NCBI GenBank assembly: GCA_035258345.1 | Contig: DATEVU010000105.1 | Span: 73,366 to 137,365 of the forward strand | DNA from: Bacteroidales bacterium | GTDB lineage: Bacteria > Bacteroidota > Bacteroidia > Bacteroidales > UBA10428 | Reading direction: 5' to 3' | Length of the DNA: 64,000 nucleotides | Part shown: positions 36,201-43,917 of the stretch, in pieces | Layout of the letters: every line of letters starts with the position of its first letter | Numbering within the stretch: the stretch's first letter is position 1 | Position numbers and translations under genes: made by a program | The notes under the pieces: model-generated | The model's database searches: none | Told to the model about the DNA's origin: nothing | What the model saw: only the letters and a program-made list of their open reading frames with translations

Positions 36201-37289
36201 CTAATAAATACGCTTGCAGGAGCGATTCAGATCACTCATCAGGATGTTTTGGTTCTTGTAGGTTCTGAAAAAACTGGTAACATAGGCTTCCACTTGTTTT
36301 TTGTCTCCCTTTGAAAGGTATTCGAAATCGTTTATTGTACCTAAAATTTGTTCCTGCATTCCCAGGAATTCATCTACTACAGGTTTTATTTCTTCCTCAT
36401 TGAAACAAAGGCCTAAATAATATCGTTCAGTGACATTTTTAATGGGAAGTTCTTCATGAGGGGCTGAATAAACAGTATTTACCAGACCGGAGTAATCAAA
36501 ATCGTATGCTATGGGTATTCCCTTATCAGAAGGCACTTCAAGTGATTTTACAATTTTAACATTGTGCTGCAAAGGCACTGACCAATCTGTATTACCGATC
36601 ATGTAGTTAAAAACCGCAACGCGCGCCATATCCAGGGGGTTCATATGTTTTTGGGTAATGTTCATGTTATTCAGGATAACCGCATTATTTCGCTGTGCCA
36701 TAGTATCTTCATTTTCAATAAGAAAACCATATGCGGTAAAACCATTGTCCGGCTTACTGATATCCTTATATTTGATATTTACAAGCCTGGTTTTAAAGCT
36801 GTATGGAGTGACCAGATTATAGAGCCTGTAAGCAAGGTATTCTTTAAATACATAGCTTTCATACAGGGATGATTTATTGCAGTGTGTCACAAGCTTAACC
36901 GTTCCTTTTCCTTGTATGCGGTTGGATTCTGTATCCTTAAATTTCAACATAATAGGCGGAAAAGAACAAACGGTACGGCGCATTTCTCCCCTGGCTTTGA
37001 TTTTAATAGGCTGGGTAATGGAATCGTGTTGATTTATTTTTACCGTAATCGTTGCATCACAGTATTCCGGTTTATTTTTTGTTCTGAGAAATTCCCTGAT
37101 GTCAAAGCTAAGCGTCATTTGTAACGGTTCTTCCGAATCAAAAAAGTTGATACCAGTAACGGATGCAGCTGCAACTGTATCCTGCTCAAAGGCAGAATTA
37201 TCCTGTATTCCGGAAATTTCCTGACTGTGAATATACGTACTTGACAGGCTTGTGATAAGCAACAGACACAGGGTCTTATTTCGTTTCAT
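36201..37289 (-). CDS. Secreted hypothetical protein, possibly distant CotH-like
   Basis: 362 aa. Signal peptide MKRNKTLCLLLITSLSSTYIHSQ. ...EYLAYRLYNLV...GFLIENED...GNTDWSVPLQHNVKIV...YDFDYSG loosely resembles CotH kinase-fold motifs. Weak call. Confidence 0.35.
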   Translation of the reverse strand: MKRNKTLCLLLITSLSSTYIHSQEISGIQDNSAFEQDTVAAASVTGINFFDSEEPLQMTLSFDIREFLRTKNKPEYCDATITVKINQHDSITQPIKIKARGEMRRTVCSFPPIMLKFKDTESNRIQGKGTVKLVTHCNKSSLYESYVFKEYLAYRLYNLVTPYSFKTRLVNIKYKDISKPDNGFTAYGFLIENEDTMAQRNNAVILNNMNITQKHMNPLDMARVAVFNYMIGNTDWSVPLQHNVKIVKSLEVPSDKGIPIAYDFDYSGLVNTVYSAPHEELPIKNVTERYYLGLCFNEEEIKPVVDEFLGMQEQILGTINDFEYLSKGDKKQVEAYVTSFFRTYKNQNILMSDLNRSCKRIY

Positions 37290-37327
37290 GGCTTTGGTTT
37301 TTGATAAACAGGGGTAACTCTCTGAAG

Positions 37328-37335
37328 CAAAAATA
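37328..37335 (-). promoter_or_regulatory. Exact -7 box TAttTTTG upstream of the 36201-37289 gene
   Basis: Plus caaaaata at 37328-37335 is TATTTTTG on the minus strand, 39 nt upstream of the ATG at 37289. Confidence 0.45.
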
Positions 37336-37348
37336 CCGCTCCGGGCAA

Positions 37349-37393
37349 GTCTGTTTCTAACAGACCTGTAACAGAATATAACAGATTTGTAAC
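37349..37393. repeat. Phased TAACAGA direct repeats (x3 plus partial) at 10-11 bp spacing with one inverted copy
   Basis: TAACAGA occurs at 37358-37364, 37369-37375 and 37379-37385, and TAAC at 37390-37393. GTCTGTT (37349-37355) and AACAGAC (37359-37365) form an inverted repeat. Confidence 0.8.
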
Positions 37394-37414
37394 CTGGGAG
37401 AAAGGGACGCTTGC

Positions 37415-37834
37415 CTAAGCCATGGTCAGAATTCTCATTTCACACGCTGCAATGACTTGACTCTCAAAAAACACTTTTCCGGTAACGATTGTAAATCCTA
37501 CAATCTCATTCTCAATCACAATTTCAGATTGAATTTCGGTATTGATAGGAGGCAGAAAGCTGATTAACAGATTTTTAACAGCTACAATATAACCTTCGCT
37601 GACCAGAGAGTTGCTGGTTTTTTTCCTGTAACCCATAAAGGCTGCAGCAGTTTGAGCTATGAATTCAATGAGACCCGATTCACGGAAGCGCATATTCTCA
37701 CAGAACATGTTGGATTCCAGAATGAAAAGGCTTCCCCTGCCTGTGTTTTCGCTGACATACACCAGTTTGTCGATCATGGTCATGGGCGGTCGCTGGGGTA
37801 TTAGCTCGTGAATGTCAAATTCCTGCGGATTCAT
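37415..37834 (-). CDS. Hotdog-fold dehydratase (ApeP-like)
   Basis: 139 aa; ELIPQRPPMTMIDKL...ESGLIEFIAQTAA, typical of aryl-polyene cluster dehydratases. Confidence 0.7.
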   Translation of the reverse strand: MNPQEFDIHELIPQRPPMTMIDKLVYVSENTGRGSLFILESNMFCENMRFRESGLIEFIAQTAAAFMGYRKKTSNSLVSEGYIVAVKNLLISFLPPINTEIQSEIVIENEIVGFTIVTGKVFFESQVIAACEMRILTMA

Positions 37835-38717
37835 TCCAAAAATTATAATAATTAAACCATTGGTAAGGATACTCCATCACTTTCTTTTCAAGGGCGGTGA
37901 TATAATCATCAACAATCGTTGCCAGCATTTCCTCCCTTTTACCAACCGTTCCCTGCTGAAGATAAAATTTAGGCGGGGTTGCGTAAAAGTGATAATGCCT
38001 ATTCCGTTCCTTCATGGCAAAGACAAACGAAACCGGTACGCCGTACTTCATGGCCAGGTAAAAAGGCCCGGTGGGGAAAATGGCTTTTTCTCCCAGGAAA
38101 TCGCGGGTGATCACTTTGCTTCCGGGAAGAAACCTGTCGCCATGCATACAGGTGATCTCCCTGCGTTCAAGGGCCATTTTTATCCCGTAGATATGAGAAT
38201 TATCTTCCCGGATGGGTATGATCTGAAAACTTTTTCGGGTAAAAGCGGAAAGATATTGTTTTATTTTCCGGTGCTCGGCGTCGAGCATGATGATATTCAC
38301 CTGCGTATCCAGTCGCTCCAGCATATGCCCGGCCATTTCGAAATTACCGGTATGGGCGCTGATCAGCAATCCCCCGGTTCTGTCAGCGACCATTTCTCTC
38401 AAATAGGGTTCTCCGTCGAAGTCAAAGGTGAATCTGGCATCAAATCCACCCATGGAAGCTGTTTTATCGAGGATAACCTGTCCGAATACATAATAATTCC
38501 TGTATACGGCAATAACCGACCTGAAGAATCCCCATCCAAGCCTCCTTCGGTAGAAGTAAAATATGTTCCGGAATGATGCGGGTGCAGCTATAAAATAATA
38601 GAAGGCAACGAAACGCAACAGGAGATAGGCCAGGGGTAATCCCGAAATTTTCAGTATGGCTATAAAGATCTTATAACCCAGGATACTGCCGCGCGATTGA
38701 CCTTTCCATGTGGCCAC
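37815..38717 (-). CDS. LpxL/HtrB-family lysophospholipid (lipid A-type) acyltransferase (ApeD-like)
   Basis: 300 aa; N-terminal TM; ISAHTGNFEMAG (H-x-G-N-[WF]-E motif). Confidence 0.75.
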   Translation of the reverse strand: MATWKGQSRGSILGYKIFIAILKISGLPLAYLLLRFVAFYYFIAAPASFRNIFYFYRRRLGWGFFRSVIAVYRNYYVFGQVILDKTASMGGFDARFTFDFDGEPYLREMVADRTGGLLISAHTGNFEMAGHMLERLDTQVNIIMLDAEHRKIKQYLSAFTRKSFQIIPIREDNSHIYGIKMALERREITCMHGDRFLPGSKVITRDFLGEKAIFPTGPFYLAMKYGVPVSFVFAMKERNRHYHFYATPPKFYLQQGTVGKREEMLATIVDDYITALEKKVMEYPYQWFNYYNFWNESAGI

Positions 38718-38723
38718 TTCAGG

Positions 38724-38972
38724 CTATTTCTTGTTTAAATAGTTGAAAATGTAATCATACAGGTCCTTCAGGGTCTTAATGGCTGTCATTTCTTCGCCTT
38801 TAAGTGTAATGCCGAACTCCTTCTGTACAATGACAGCTATATCAACAAAATCAAGGCTTTCAAGTCCAAGATCATTTTTCAGGTGTGCAGCAGGGAAAAT
38901 CTGTTTCTCTTCAATTTCAAATTCCTCAATCAGAAAACTATTGATTGTACCGATTATCTCATCTCTTGTCAT
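38724..38972 (-). CDS. Acyl carrier protein (ACP-3)
   Basis: 82 aa; LGLESLDFVD phosphopantetheine site. Confidence 0.85.
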   Translation of the reverse strand: MTRDEIIGTINSFLIEEFEIEEKQIFPAAHLKNDLGLESLDFVDIAVIVQKEFGITLKGEEMTAIKTLKDLYDYIFNYLNKK

Positions 38973-38993
38973 GCCTTTTATCAGGATATGTGA

Positions 38994-40214
38994 TTAGTTA
39001 AATTTTTTTACGATCAGGGTAGAGTTTGTTCCGCCAAACCCGAAAGAATTTGACAGAAAAGTATTGATATCCAATGGAATAGTCTTGTTTGTGATATTCA
39101 GTTTTGCCGAAAACTCATCGGGTTCCCTGAAATTGATATTGGGTGCCACAAAAGAATCCCTCATCATCAGCAGGGAATAAACAACTTCACTGGCCCCGGC
39201 CATCCACATTTCATGACCTGTCATTGATTTGGTTGAAGTAACCACGGGTTTGTGCCGGCCAAAAACATGATCAATTGCCTTGGCTTCATTCTGGTCGCCG
39301 ATAGGCGTTGAAGTGGCATGGGCATTGATATAGTCGATCACCGAGGGGGCGATCCCGGCATCACCGAGTGCCATTGAAATAGCTCTAATCGGGCCATCCA
39401 CATCGGGAACGGAAATATGTTTACCGTCGGATGAGAAGCCATATCCAACAATTTCCCCGTAAATAGTGGCTCCTCTTTTCAGGGCATGTTCCAGGCTTTC
39501 AATAATTACGGTGGCAGCACCGCCGCTCGGTACCAGTCCGTCCCTGCTTTTGTCAAAGGGCCGTGAAGCACCTGCAGGATCAGATTCATAGTTTGAGAAT
39601 GCACCCAGTGCATCAAAACTACCGACGCACAACAGGTTAATCTCCTGAGATCCGCCACAAATAACCATATCCTGATACCCATGCCTGATAAGCATATAGC
39701 CCATGCCAATAGCATGTGAACCGCTTGCACAGGCCCCGCTCAGTGTGAAATTCACTCCGCGAAGATGAAAGATAACCGACAGGTTCATGGTCACCGAGGA
39801 GTTCATGCTTTGAAAAACCAATCCGGAGCCAATCAGACCGGTATCCTTTTTCTGGCGGATGATGTCAGCACTTTCTACCACAGCGGGGGTGGAACTGTCG
39901 TTCCCAAAAATAATACCTACCTCATTTCTGTCGAAATACCCGGCTTCCAGGTTAGCATTGTTAATAGCCTCTGCGGTTGCAACATAGGCGTATTCTGCAT
40001 GATCGGGCATGCAAACCCTTGCCCGGCGTTCGAGTATCCCCTTCAGCTGCGGACGTTCAACTATTCCGGTGAGACCCGAATGATAGCCGAATTCCTTTCT
40101 TTCCGCATCGAGAAAGACACCTGATTTTCCCTGGTATAAGGAATCCCTTACCTCGCTGAGGTTTTTGCCGATGGATGAGTAAATGCCTGTGCCGGTGATG
40201 ACAACCCTGTTCAT
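38994..40214 (-). CDS. Beta-ketoacyl-ACP synthase, FabF/FabB-like (KS-4)
   Basis: 406 aa; LSGACASGSHAIG, NAHATSTPIGD, GHEMWMAGA. Confidence 0.88.
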   Translation of the reverse strand: MNRVVITGTGIYSSIGKNLSEVRDSLYQGKSGVFLDAERKEFGYHSGLTGIVERPQLKGILERRARVCMPDHAEYAYVATAEAINNANLEAGYFDRNEVGIIFGNDSSTPAVVESADIIRQKKDTGLIGSGLVFQSMNSSVTMNLSVIFHLRGVNFTLSGACASGSHAIGMGYMLIRHGYQDMVICGGSQEINLLCVGSFDALGAFSNYESDPAGASRPFDKSRDGLVPSGGAATVIIESLEHALKRGATIYGEIVGYGFSSDGKHISVPDVDGPIRAISMALGDAGIAPSVIDYINAHATSTPIGDQNEAKAIDHVFGRHKPVVTSTKSMTGHEMWMAGASEVVYSLLMMRDSFVAPNINFREPDEFSAKLNITNKTIPLDINTFLSNSFGFGGTNSTLIVKKFN

Positions 40215-40237
40215 GTTAGCCTGGACAAAATATGATT

Positions 40238-40966
40238 TTAAGTATAAATTCCGCCATTAACCGATATTACTTCACCCGTAATATAAGATGCCTTGCCGGA
40301 TGCAAGGAAGCATACTACTTCAGCGACTTCCTCGGGTGTGCCAAATCGGTTCAATGGTATTAAGCTCTTTAATTCATTCTCATTCAGATCCCTGGTCATA
40401 TCTGTGCGGATAAAACCAGGAGCAACAGCATTCACGGTGACATTCTTCTTCCCGATCTCCTGGGCAAGCGCTTTTGTGGCTCCGATGATGCCTGCTTTTG
40501 CAGCAGAATAATTCACCTGCCCCGGTAATCCCTTGAGTCCGGACAAAGACACCACGTTCACGATACGTCCATATTTCCTGATCAGCATGTTTTTCAGCAG
40601 GAATCGTGTAACATAGAAGAAACCACCAAGATTTGTATCTAAAACCTCCTGCCAGTGGCTGTTTTCCATCCACATCATCAGGTTATCCTTTCTTATTCCC
40701 GCATTGTTCACCAACACTTCGATGTAAGCATCCGGATTCTCCTGGTGCCATTTGCCCAAAGCAGTCTCCAACTGTTGCGGATCGGCAACATCAAACTGAA
40801 TAAGGACCCCGTTACCGCCGGCTTCATTTATCAGTTGCTGCGTGGCAATTGCTTCCTGCTCATTTTTCAGGTAATTGATAAGCACATAATATCCCATGAC
40901 AGCAAGTTGTATGCAAACTGCCCTTCCAATTCCTCTCGATCCTCCTGTAACAAGTGCATATCTCAT
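40238..40966 (-). CDS. fabG: 3-oxoacyl-ACP reductase (SDR)
   Basis: 242 aa; VTGGSRGIGRAV; catalytic YSAAKAG. Confidence 0.88.
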   Translation of the reverse strand: MRYALVTGGSRGIGRAVCIQLAVMGYYVLINYLKNEQEAIATQQLINEAGGNGVLIQFDVADPQQLETALGKWHQENPDAYIEVLVNNAGIRKDNLMMWMENSHWQEVLDTNLGGFFYVTRFLLKNMLIRKYGRIVNVVSLSGLKGLPGQVNYSAAKAGIIGATKALAQEIGKKNVTVNAVAPGFIRTDMTRDLNENELKSLIPLNRFGTPEEVAEVVCFLASGKASYITGEVISVNGGIYT

Positions 40967-40989
40967 TATTATTCAATCAATTAATAAGA

Positions 40990-42531
40990 TTAAGGAAGCC
41001 GTATAAATTGTTTGCAAAGGTAATCTTTAATTTTCTTAATTTCTAAATATTTTATGGTGTCCTCCTCAAACCGCGGTACAATCAGCCTTAACCGCCGGAA
41101 GCATTCACGGGTATGTGAGGATAACCTCGGTTCAATATTCAGGTAATCAATAGCCTGTATAAGCGTTATCATTTCAATCGCCAATACCTGGTAAGTATTT
41201 TCTATCACCTTTGCAGCAAGTTGGGCGGAATTTGTACCCATACTCACAATATCCTGGTTATCATTGTTGTTTGATATGCTGTGCAGGTAATTCGGGAACG
41301 AAAGCGATTGATTTTCCGCAACCGTTGAGGTGGCAGTAAATTGTGCTCCCTGCATGCCAAAGTTAACTCCAAGCTTTCCAAGGTTGACAAACGGGGGCAG
41401 CTTGTTGTTTAGCCTGTCGTTCATCAGGTAATTTATCTGCCTCTCCAGTAGCATGGATAATTTGGCAATGGCTATTTTAAGCTTGTCCATTTCAAACGAG
41501 ATATAATCTCCGTGGAAATTGCCGCCGTGAAAAATGTTACCATGTCCGAAATCCACCACCGGATTGTCAGAAGATGAATTGGCCTCGTTAAGCAGCACTT
41601 TTTCGGTGTGTTCTATGGCATCGTAAATGGGTCCGAGTATCTGGGGCACACAGCGGATCGAATAGTATTCCTGTACCTTATCGGCGATCATGTATTTATC
41701 CTTGTGCTTTCCGTTGAAAAAATGATCTTCACGTTTCCGGAGGAGCTTGCTGTCATGCAGGATCTTCCTTTCCAGTTCTGCAATTTTGTTCTGGCCGTAA
41801 TGAAGTTTAACCTGGTTTAACTCGAGGGAAAAGTAATCGTCAAATGACCTTACTATTTCGTTGATCATGGTTGCTGCCGTGAGCGCCCAGTTTATAAGGT
41901 TCTTCGAATGGATCAGGTTAACAATACCCGTACCGGTCATAAAACCTGTACCGTTTATCAGCGACAAGCCCTCGCGAAGATGGACGGTTATGGGCTTCAG
42001 ATGGGTTTGGGCAATGGCATAGGCGGCCGGAACCACTTTACCCTGATAATGCACTTCTCCTTCTCCTATCAGGACAAGGGCAATGTGTGCGAGCTGGACC
42101 AGATCACCGCTTGCACCTACCCCGCCATGTTCGGGAACCACCGGTATAATTTCCTTGTTTATAAGGTTCCTGATCAGTTCCACTACTTCGGGATGAATAC
42201 CTGAAAAACCCTGCGAGAAGTTGCTTACCATGGTGATCATGGCCGAACGTACATATACCGGATTTACCGGCTCACCACATCCGGAGGCATGACTGCGGAT
42301 GGCATTGTAATGCAGCAGAAGACGGTCGGATTCTTCAATTTTATACTGGGCCATGGGTCCCAGACCGGTGTTGATGCCGTAAATTATTTTGTTCTCGTGA
42401 AAGGTCTCAAGAAAATCGTAGCTTTTTCTTATTTTTTCAAGGGCTTGTTCATGTATTTCCAGTATTCCCTGTTCGTACAAAAAGGTTTGGTAGTCCTCAA
42501 GTGTTATCCTGCGTTCACCTATTTTAAGCAT
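40990..42531 (-). CDS. MIO-dependent aromatic amino acid ammonia-lyase, FjTAL/FlxA-like (probable tyrosine ammonia-lyase)
   Basis: 513 aa. MIO triad in GGVGASGDLVQLAH. Long collinear resemblance to the Flavobacterium-type TAL as I recall it (YGINTGLGPMAQY...RSHASG...FHGGNFHGDYIS). First gene of the minus-strand pigment block. Confidence 0.75.
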   Translation of the reverse strand: MLKIGERRITLEDYQTFLYEQGILEIHEQALEKIRKSYDFLETFHENKIIYGINTGLGPMAQYKIEESDRLLLHYNAIRSHASGCGEPVNPVYVRSAMITMVSNFSQGFSGIHPEVVELIRNLINKEIIPVVPEHGGVGASGDLVQLAHIALVLIGEGEVHYQGKVVPAAYAIAQTHLKPITVHLREGLSLINGTGFMTGTGIVNLIHSKNLINWALTAATMINEIVRSFDDYFSLELNQVKLHYGQNKIAELERKILHDSKLLRKREDHFFNGKHKDKYMIADKVQEYYSIRCVPQILGPIYDAIEHTEKVLLNEANSSSDNPVVDFGHGNIFHGGNFHGDYISFEMDKLKIAIAKLSMLLERQINYLMNDRLNNKLPPFVNLGKLGVNFGMQGAQFTATSTVAENQSLSFPNYLHSISNNNDNQDIVSMGTNSAQLAAKVIENTYQVLAIEMITLIQAIDYLNIEPRLSSHTRECFRRLRLIVPRFEEDTIKYLEIKKIKDYLCKQFIRLP

Positions 42532-42696
42532 TTCCGTGATTGTGTAATGGCGTATATATTATGATTTGGTTTGGTTTAAGTGTTTGTATTTTCTTAAGAA
42601 AAAAGAGGTTGCAAAATAATAAAAATTTAATTACTACATCAAGTATTATTTACCTTTTAATCCCGGACTTATACAACTGCCGTATATTAATTCAAT

Positions 42697-42704
42697 TATA
42701 TTTG
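42697..42704 (+). promoter_or_regulatory. Exact -7 box TAtaTTTG upstream of the GT2/MMPL operon
   Basis: TATATTTG at 42697-42704, 59 nt upstream of the ATG at 42763, inside the 231-bp AT-rich divergent region. Confidence 0.4.
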
Positions 42705-42762
42705 CAAATTCAATTTTGATTTGTGATTATTTCATCCGGATTTAAGGGAAAACAAGGTTGAC

Positions 42763-43914
42763 ATGAGCTGGTGTGTTGTAATCCCGACATACAACAATGA
42801 AAAGACACTTGAAAGCGTTATTCGTGATGTTTTGCAGGTTACTGGCCATGTTATTGTTGTGAATGACGGATCCACCGATGCTACTGTTGCCATACTGGAA
42901 AAATTCAGCCAGATCGCGGTGATCACTTTGCATCAGAACCAGGGTAAAGGTCATGCCCTGCAAAAGGGATTTGAAAGAGCGGTTCAGCAAGGTCACCGGT
43001 ATGCCGTTACCATTGATTCAGACGGACAGCATGCTGCAGGTGACATACAAACTTTTATCCGGAAAGCAGAAGAATTTCCCGATTCTCTCATTATTGGCAC
43101 CCGTACATTACCCAGGGAAAAGCTCAGAAAAGGCAGCGGTTTTGCCAACCGCTTCTCCAATTTCTGGTTCAGAATGATCACCGGGATTAACCTACCCGAT
43201 ACCCAGTCGGGATTCCGCTTATATCCCCTCGACCTCATTAAAAATATACGATTCTTTACCGGAAAATATGAATTCGAGCTCGAAGTGCTTGTCAGGGCTG
43301 CCTGGAAGGGAATCCGTGTAGTCGATGTTCCTATTCAAGTGTATTACCCTGACCGGGAGGAACGCGTAAGCCATTTCAGGCCGTTCCGGGATTTTGTGCG
43401 TATTGGTCTGTTGAATACGGTATTTGTTTTCATAGCACTTTTTTATATTAAGCCTTTTTCATTCCGCAAGTACCTGAGAAAAGAGAACAGGATGGCCTTC
43501 CTTAAAAAGCATGTGCTGCAAACCGGGGATTCCACATCCAAAATTACTTTCTCGGTTATGTTCGGGGTTTTCATGGGAATCGTCCCCATTTGGGGTTATC
43601 AGCTGATCACGGCCATTGCGCTTGCTTACCTGTTACGGTTAAATAAATTCATTGTGATTGTGGCAGCCAATATCAGCATTCCTCCCATGATCCCCCCCAT
43701 CCTGTATGCCAGCTATCTTACCGGGGGCTGGATCCTGAATATGGATAATAAACTGATATTCAGCAAAAAAATTTCTTTTGACCTCATCAGGGACAATCTT
43801 TATCAATATCTGGTGGGCGCGGTGGTTTTTGGAGTTATTGCCGCAGTGTGTTTTGGAATATTAACCTGGATGATCCTGATGCTGACCCGGAAAAATCGTA
43901 TGGTAATCGGTTGA
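42763..43914 (+). CDS. Glycosyltransferase family 2 with C-terminal DUF2062-like membrane domain (ApeJ-like)
   Basis: VVIPTYNNEKTLESVI, NQGKGHAL, DSDGQH; C-terminal TM region. Confidence 0.8.
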   Translation: MSWCVVIPTYNNEKTLESVIRDVLQVTGHVIVVNDGSTDATVAILEKFSQIAVITLHQNQGKGHALQKGFERAVQQGHRYAVTIDSDGQHAAGDIQTFIRKAEEFPDSLIIGTRTLPREKLRKGSGFANRFSNFWFRMITGINLPDTQSGFRLYPLDLIKNIRFFTGKYEFELEVLVRAAWKGIRVVDVPIQVYYPDREERVSHFRPFRDFVRIGLLNTVFVFIALFYIKPFSFRKYLRKENRMAFLKKHVLQTGDSTSKITFSVMFGVFMGIVPIWGYQLITAIALAYLLRLNKFIVIVAANISIPPMIPPILYASYLTGGWILNMDNKLIFSKKISFDLIRDNLYQYLVGAVVFGVIAAVCFGILTWMILMLTRKNRMVIG

Positions 43915-43917
43915 CAC

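Noticed and set aside
35311-37414. Mobile genetic element or insertion sequence
   Set aside because: There is no transposase, integrase or recombinase ORF, and I could find no terminal inverted or direct repeats flanking the island. It is reported only as an island or remnant.
37812-38576. 254-aa plus-strand ORF
   Set aside because: It is fully antisense to the LpxL-type acyltransferase, which has a clear H-x-G-N-F-E motif and cluster context. The antisense product is low-complexity with no recognisable motifs.
40990-42531. Catabolic histidase (hutH)
   Set aside because: There are no hutU, hutI or hutG neighbours. The gene heads the KR/KS/ACP/DH block of the pigment cluster and resembles Flavobacterium-type TALs.
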